Below the pieces are notes generated by a model, which was not told the DNA's origin, did not search any database, and worked only from the letters and a program-made list of their open reading frames with translations. Of a stretch of DNA of 64,000 nt, positions 62,486 to 64,000 are shown one piece after another; within the stretch, counting starts at the first letter, position 1; each line of letters opens with the position of its first letter. The stretch is from Stylophora pistillata. Its lineage: Eukaryota. The position numbers and the translations under genes were made by a program. The DNA lies in assembly GCF_002571385.2 (NCBI RefSeq), contig NW_019217913.1:52035-116034 (forward strand), written 5' to 3'.

Positions 62486-64000
62486 TTACTTAGTCAATGT
62501 TGTAACTGTTGGATCAGTTAGTTTTAAGGGTAGTTCAAGTGGCTCAGTTTCATCTATACATTTCGTTTTCTCGGGAATATGGTCAGATTGTTTCCTTGCC
62601 TTGCAAAACAAAAGGAAGCCAACAATGGCGCCTATGAGGGCAATAGCAAACAAACAGCTCATAACTATCAATGCAGTCTTTGAGGGAGAAGCCTCGATAG
62701 TGATTGGACCTGAAAAGCAGAAAAAATAATTTAGAGAAGAGGTGAACAACTTGATAGTTTGTCCATCTAGTAAAATGAAGCCTGTACTTTTCAAGTTCAT
62801 CTTTTGTTATCAGTTTTGATATTCCACACCATCGTCAACTTCCCTCGTTCCTCAGTTGAAGCTCGTTCTCATCTTTTTCGTGTTTCCTACCAAACTGTTA
62901 AAACTTCTTCAGTCTACGTAATATATATGTATACCCCCAACACCTTCATGTAATTATAACTGGGGTAACCCGGCTTATTCAAGTTGCGTGGGCCGCTAAA
63001 TATGTGCGTACGACTTTGTATATATGGCTTTTACAGGACCTCGCATGTAGCACAGCCGGGGAACAACCAATTCATTACGAACTTTAAGTACAGTCCATAT
63101 CCACCCACCTTCAGTTGTAGCTTCTGGTGTTGTTGTTGTGCTCATCTCAGTTTTGGGGTTGGTTGATACTTTCGCCGCTGTGGTAGGTTTGGTGGTGGTT
63201 TCTGTTGCCATTATTGTGGTGGTTTGAAATGGAACTTCACGAAGGTCTGTGGATAGATTCCATAGAAAGTGTACTTGGCTATATTTAAAATGTCCTTTAT
63301 TTTGATGAACATAGACAAAAACAAAAAATCCCTCACAGATATGTAATCAGTTAAGCTTATCCGACCGTTTTGCTGCAATCAACCAAAAACGACCCCCACG
63401 TCTGTACCCGTTACGGTGGTTCAGTTAACTGATGTCAAAGTTGTGATCTGGCCGTATACCTTCGTCACGCCCACAACAAGATCCAACAGGGCTCACGCAC
63501 TATTTCCACGTCAGAGTTGCTGTCGCACCTCAATGAAACGGTGCAAAAGTTCTGTCAATCGGGCTAAACATGATGGCGTAGTTAACAAGATTCTTTGTTC
63601 ATGACGTTTAAATAGCAAGATCGCAAGACCTTTGCCATACAGAATCAAGGAGCATAACGGACATATCGACATACGCTCTGGTCTACGCCATCACAGTACA
63701 CACTTTTAACACTCGACACCGCCCACTTCGAGAAACCGCTTCGCTTTGGACACGTCTAGTGGAAAGTTACAAGTTTGTGGTCCCGTCAGACCGGCTGTAT
63801 CTGTTGCCAAGTTCAACTTATCGATGAGCGAATACGCTCAGATGAGGAAAAGCGTTGCAACCCAGCATATCAAATTTACATGTAAGGTACTCACCAACAC
63901 TGCGCAATAACAGCGCTTGAGAATGACATGGTGTTGAGTCATCTCTGCCATCCCGGGTTTGGTACTTTACACAGTACACATTGTCCATCTGTCTGGTGTA
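62486..64000 (-). CDS. Type-I membrane protein (Ig-like domain, Thr-rich stalk, TM, short tail); 5' part lies outside the window
   Basis: Exons(-): >64000-63895 (YTRQMDNVYCVKYQ...PCHSQALLLRSV), 63246-63109 (TTTIMATETTTKPTTAAK...), 62709-62486 (ALIVMSCLFAIALIGAIVGFLLFC-KARK...). All introns are phase 1. Confidence 0.78.

Noticed and set aside
63350-63850. GC-richer intronic stretch as an extra exon of the transmembrane Ig-like gene
   Set aside because: I found no open, phase-compatible frame with convincing splice sites; it may be an unidentified repeat.

Overview
Eukaryotic, AT-rich, intron-rich animal DNA. The repeat families and gene content point to a scleractinian coral; this is inferred, not proven. 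There are four N-gaps (15334-15505, 32537-32685, 45038-45054, 46900-47021). In order, the window holds: a decayed Penelope-like retroelement ending in a minimal hammerhead ribozyme; a Mutator-like fragment; an essentially intronless 1.4-kb gene for a bacterial-style pectin-lyase-fold (beta-helix) protein, a candidate horizontal acquisition; a complete atypical protein kinase C gene (+) with several candidate alternative first exons; an SH2D5-like PTB+SH2 adaptor (-) with a candidate poison micro-exon; SDHB (+); TDP-43/TARDBP (-) followed by a long UG-rich 3' region with clustered non-coding splice sites, suggesting autoregulation; and two tandem paralogous genes for unusual Ig-like surface proteins (-), one predicted GPI-anchored and one type-I transmembrane with a mucin stalk. 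Introns carry MITEs, LINE and SINE relics, Crypton-like hairpin elements and nested hammerhead-bearing repeats. Two ~1-kb duplications (aPKC exon 4; SDHB promoter plus exon 1) are probably haplotype assembly artefacts. All exon boundaries were read by eye from GT-AG sites and reading-frame phase.
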